37,427 nucleotides of DNA from a virus (taxonomy: Duplodnaviria > Caudoviricetes), in IMG/VR virus record IMGVR_UViG_3300027653_000034, positions 1-37,427 of that record. One strand, written 5' to 3'. Positions 35,999 to 37,427 of the stretch are shown here, piece after piece. Both the position numbers and the translations under genes were made by a program. The first letter of the stretch is position 1. The number at the start of each line of letters is the position of its first letter. Below the pieces are notes generated by a model. That model saw only the letters and a list, made by a program, of their open reading frames with translations. It searched no databases and was not told the origin of the DNA.

Positions 35999-36155
35999 CT
36001 TACGAGCCGCCAGAAGCTTCAGGCTCACGGGTCTGATTCCAGTGCATTTGTAAAAGGGCGCCACTCCCTCGGCTTTGTTTTGCCGGAAGATCCACGGGCG
36101 CCGGTAGGATGGTAGGTAACGAACTCCTTCCGGCGCCACTTTTCTGGAGCGAAAA

Positions 36156-37196
36156 GTGAAAACCTACGACAACCTCTTTCCCGAGATATACGACTTCGAA
36201 AACCTCTACAGCGGCTACTTGCGCGCCCGGCGCGGCAAGCGCGATCAAAACGAAGTTATTCGCTTTGAGGCGGACCTAGAAAGCAATCTCATCCAGTTGC
36301 AAAATGAGCTTATTTGGGATCAATACCAGACCGGACCCTACCGAACATTTTATGTGCACGAGCCCAAGCGCCGCCTGGTGGCTGCGCTGCCTTTCCGTGA
36401 CCGCGTTGTGCAGCACAGCCTGATAGCCACTATCGAGCCTATCTGGGAGGCGCGGTTTATCCACCACAGCTACGCCTGCCGCCCCGGACGCGGCCTGCAT
36501 GCCGCTACGGCCGCCGCCCAACAGTGGCTGCGAGAGGTGGAGCGCGAGCACGGCCGCGCCTACTGCTTTAAGGCCGACGTAGCTAGGTACTTTGCAAGCA
36601 TTGGCCACTCCGTCCTGATCGGCATTCTGGCCGGCCGCATCCGCTGCCAGCGCACCCTGGCGCTGTGCTGGGACATCATTTCAAGCTGGCAGCCCGGCCT
36701 GCCCATTGGTAGTCTCACCTCGCAACTGTGGGCAAACATAGTGTTGGACATGCTCGACCAGTTCGCTAAGCAACATCTGCACATTAAGCGTTATATGCGC
36801 TACATGGATGATTTCATCGTTATTCATCACGACAAAAACTACCTGCGCGAATGCCAGTACCAACTGGAGGCATTCCTAGAGGAGCGGCTGGAGCTGCGCC
36901 TAAACCACAAAACTCAGATATTTCCCGTCGCCCATCGCGGCGGCCGCGGGCTGGATTATCTCGGCTACATCATTTGGGCAGACCGTAAGCGCCTGCGCCG
37001 TGACTCGGTAAAACGAATGGGCCGCCGAATGAAGTCTATGGCCACCGCTTACGCTGACGGCAACATCGAGCTGGACGAGGTTGGCCAACGCCTGGCTAGC
37101 TGGCTAGGCCATGCCCAGAATGCCGATAGTTATCGGTTGATCGAGAAGCTTGTGGGGAAAGTGGTGTTTAAGAGAGGTGGAGCAAGAAAGGGATAG
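36156..37196 (+). CDS. DGR reverse transcriptase
   Basis: FRDRVVQH, SYACRPGRG, KADVARYF, GLPIGSLTSQ (DGR-type SQ motif), RYMDDF, LDYLGY. Confidence 0.96.
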   Translation: MKTYDNLFPEIYDFENLYSGYLRARRGKRDQNEVIRFEADLESNLIQLQNELIWDQYQTGPYRTFYVHEPKRRLVAALPFRDRVVQHSLIATIEPIWEARFIHHSYACRPGRGLHAATAAAQQWLREVEREHGRAYCFKADVARYFASIGHSVLIGILAGRIRCQRTLALCWDIISSWQPGLPIGSLTSQLWANIVLDMLDQFAKQHLHIKRYMRYMDDFIVIHHDKNYLRECQYQLEAFLEERLELRLNHKTQIFPVAHRGGRGLDYLGYIIWADRKRLRRDSVKRMGRRMKSMATAYADGNIELDEVGQRLASWLGHAQNADSYRLIEKLVGKVVFKRGGARKG

Positions 37197-37259
37197 CTGG
37201 GGCACACGGTTCCGCTTAGAGCAATTCCTTTCCGCTGAGCGGAACAAAGAGAACATGCC

Positions 37260-37301
37260 AGTTATCGCGCTGGAGGTGCTAATTTATCGCGCGCGGCTTC
37301 A
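37260..37301 (-). repeat. Right end (attR), inverted relative to attL
   Basis: Reverse complement TGAAGCCGCGCGC-GATAAAT-N10-AGCGCGATAACT; same spacing as left end; terminal CA at 37300-37301. Confidence 0.85.
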
Positions 37302-37427
37302 CCCTGGCCACCCAAACAGATTCACACGGCCTCTGTCGCGAGCGAGTGCTCACTTGGGGCCAGGTGCAGCCCCACAGTGGCGATTCGGCCGTCGATTATT
37401 TCCATGACCTCGAGCCGCTGTTCACCA

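Larger units (their letters stand above)
126..37301. mobile_element. Mu-like (B3-type) transposable phage/prophage, essentially complete, 37176 bp
   Basis: TG...CA inverted ends, DDE transposase plus AAA ATPase, Mor/GemA, Mu gp25-gp37-like head gene order, siphovirus tail module. Confidence 0.95.

Noticed and set aside
35785-36036. 83-aa ORF resembling the target C-terminus
   Set aside because: It is the TR read in frame; an open frame is expected from the AAY design and it is not a second target gene
36156-37196. RT as group II intron, retron or Abi RT
   Set aside because: Short, no maturase/endonuclease extension, has the DGR-type SQ motif and adjacent avd/TR/VR
37150-37407. 85-aa ORF after RT
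   Set aside because: Crosses attR into flanking DNA; likely spurious

Overview
The window is an essentially complete Mu-like transposable phage of about 37.2 kb. It has B3-type organisation (early/transposition arm on the - strand) and a non-contractile siphovirus-type tail. Its inverted ends run from TG at 126 to CA at 37301, with about 125 bp of host-like DNA on each side and no target-site duplication. Order: mor, gemA, small early genes, MuB-like ATPase, MuA-like transposase, DUF3102-like gene, ner-like gene (all -); repressor and two moron-like envelope genes; holin, endolysin, spanins; terminase, portal, MuF, protease/scaffold, capsid; tail genes. At the right end, where Mu carries G-segment/gin/mom, there is an intact diversity-generating retroelement: target gene with VR, hairpin, avd, TR and RT, with 12 TR/VR mismatches, all at TR adenines. 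The most novel-looking signal is an unannotated ~80-nt antisense small-RNA unit with its own sigma70 promoter, long hairpin and intrinsic terminator. It sits directly behind a MuF protein with a putative C-terminal nuclease domain and no protein immunity gene. Other unannotated signals are three TTTTG-N8-CAAAA late-promoter boxes, a -1 frameshift in the tail chaperone, recurring (S/D/E)F(A/S) putative maturation sites and helically phased repeats near attL. Family assignments are from motif recognition and synteny only; no searches were run.
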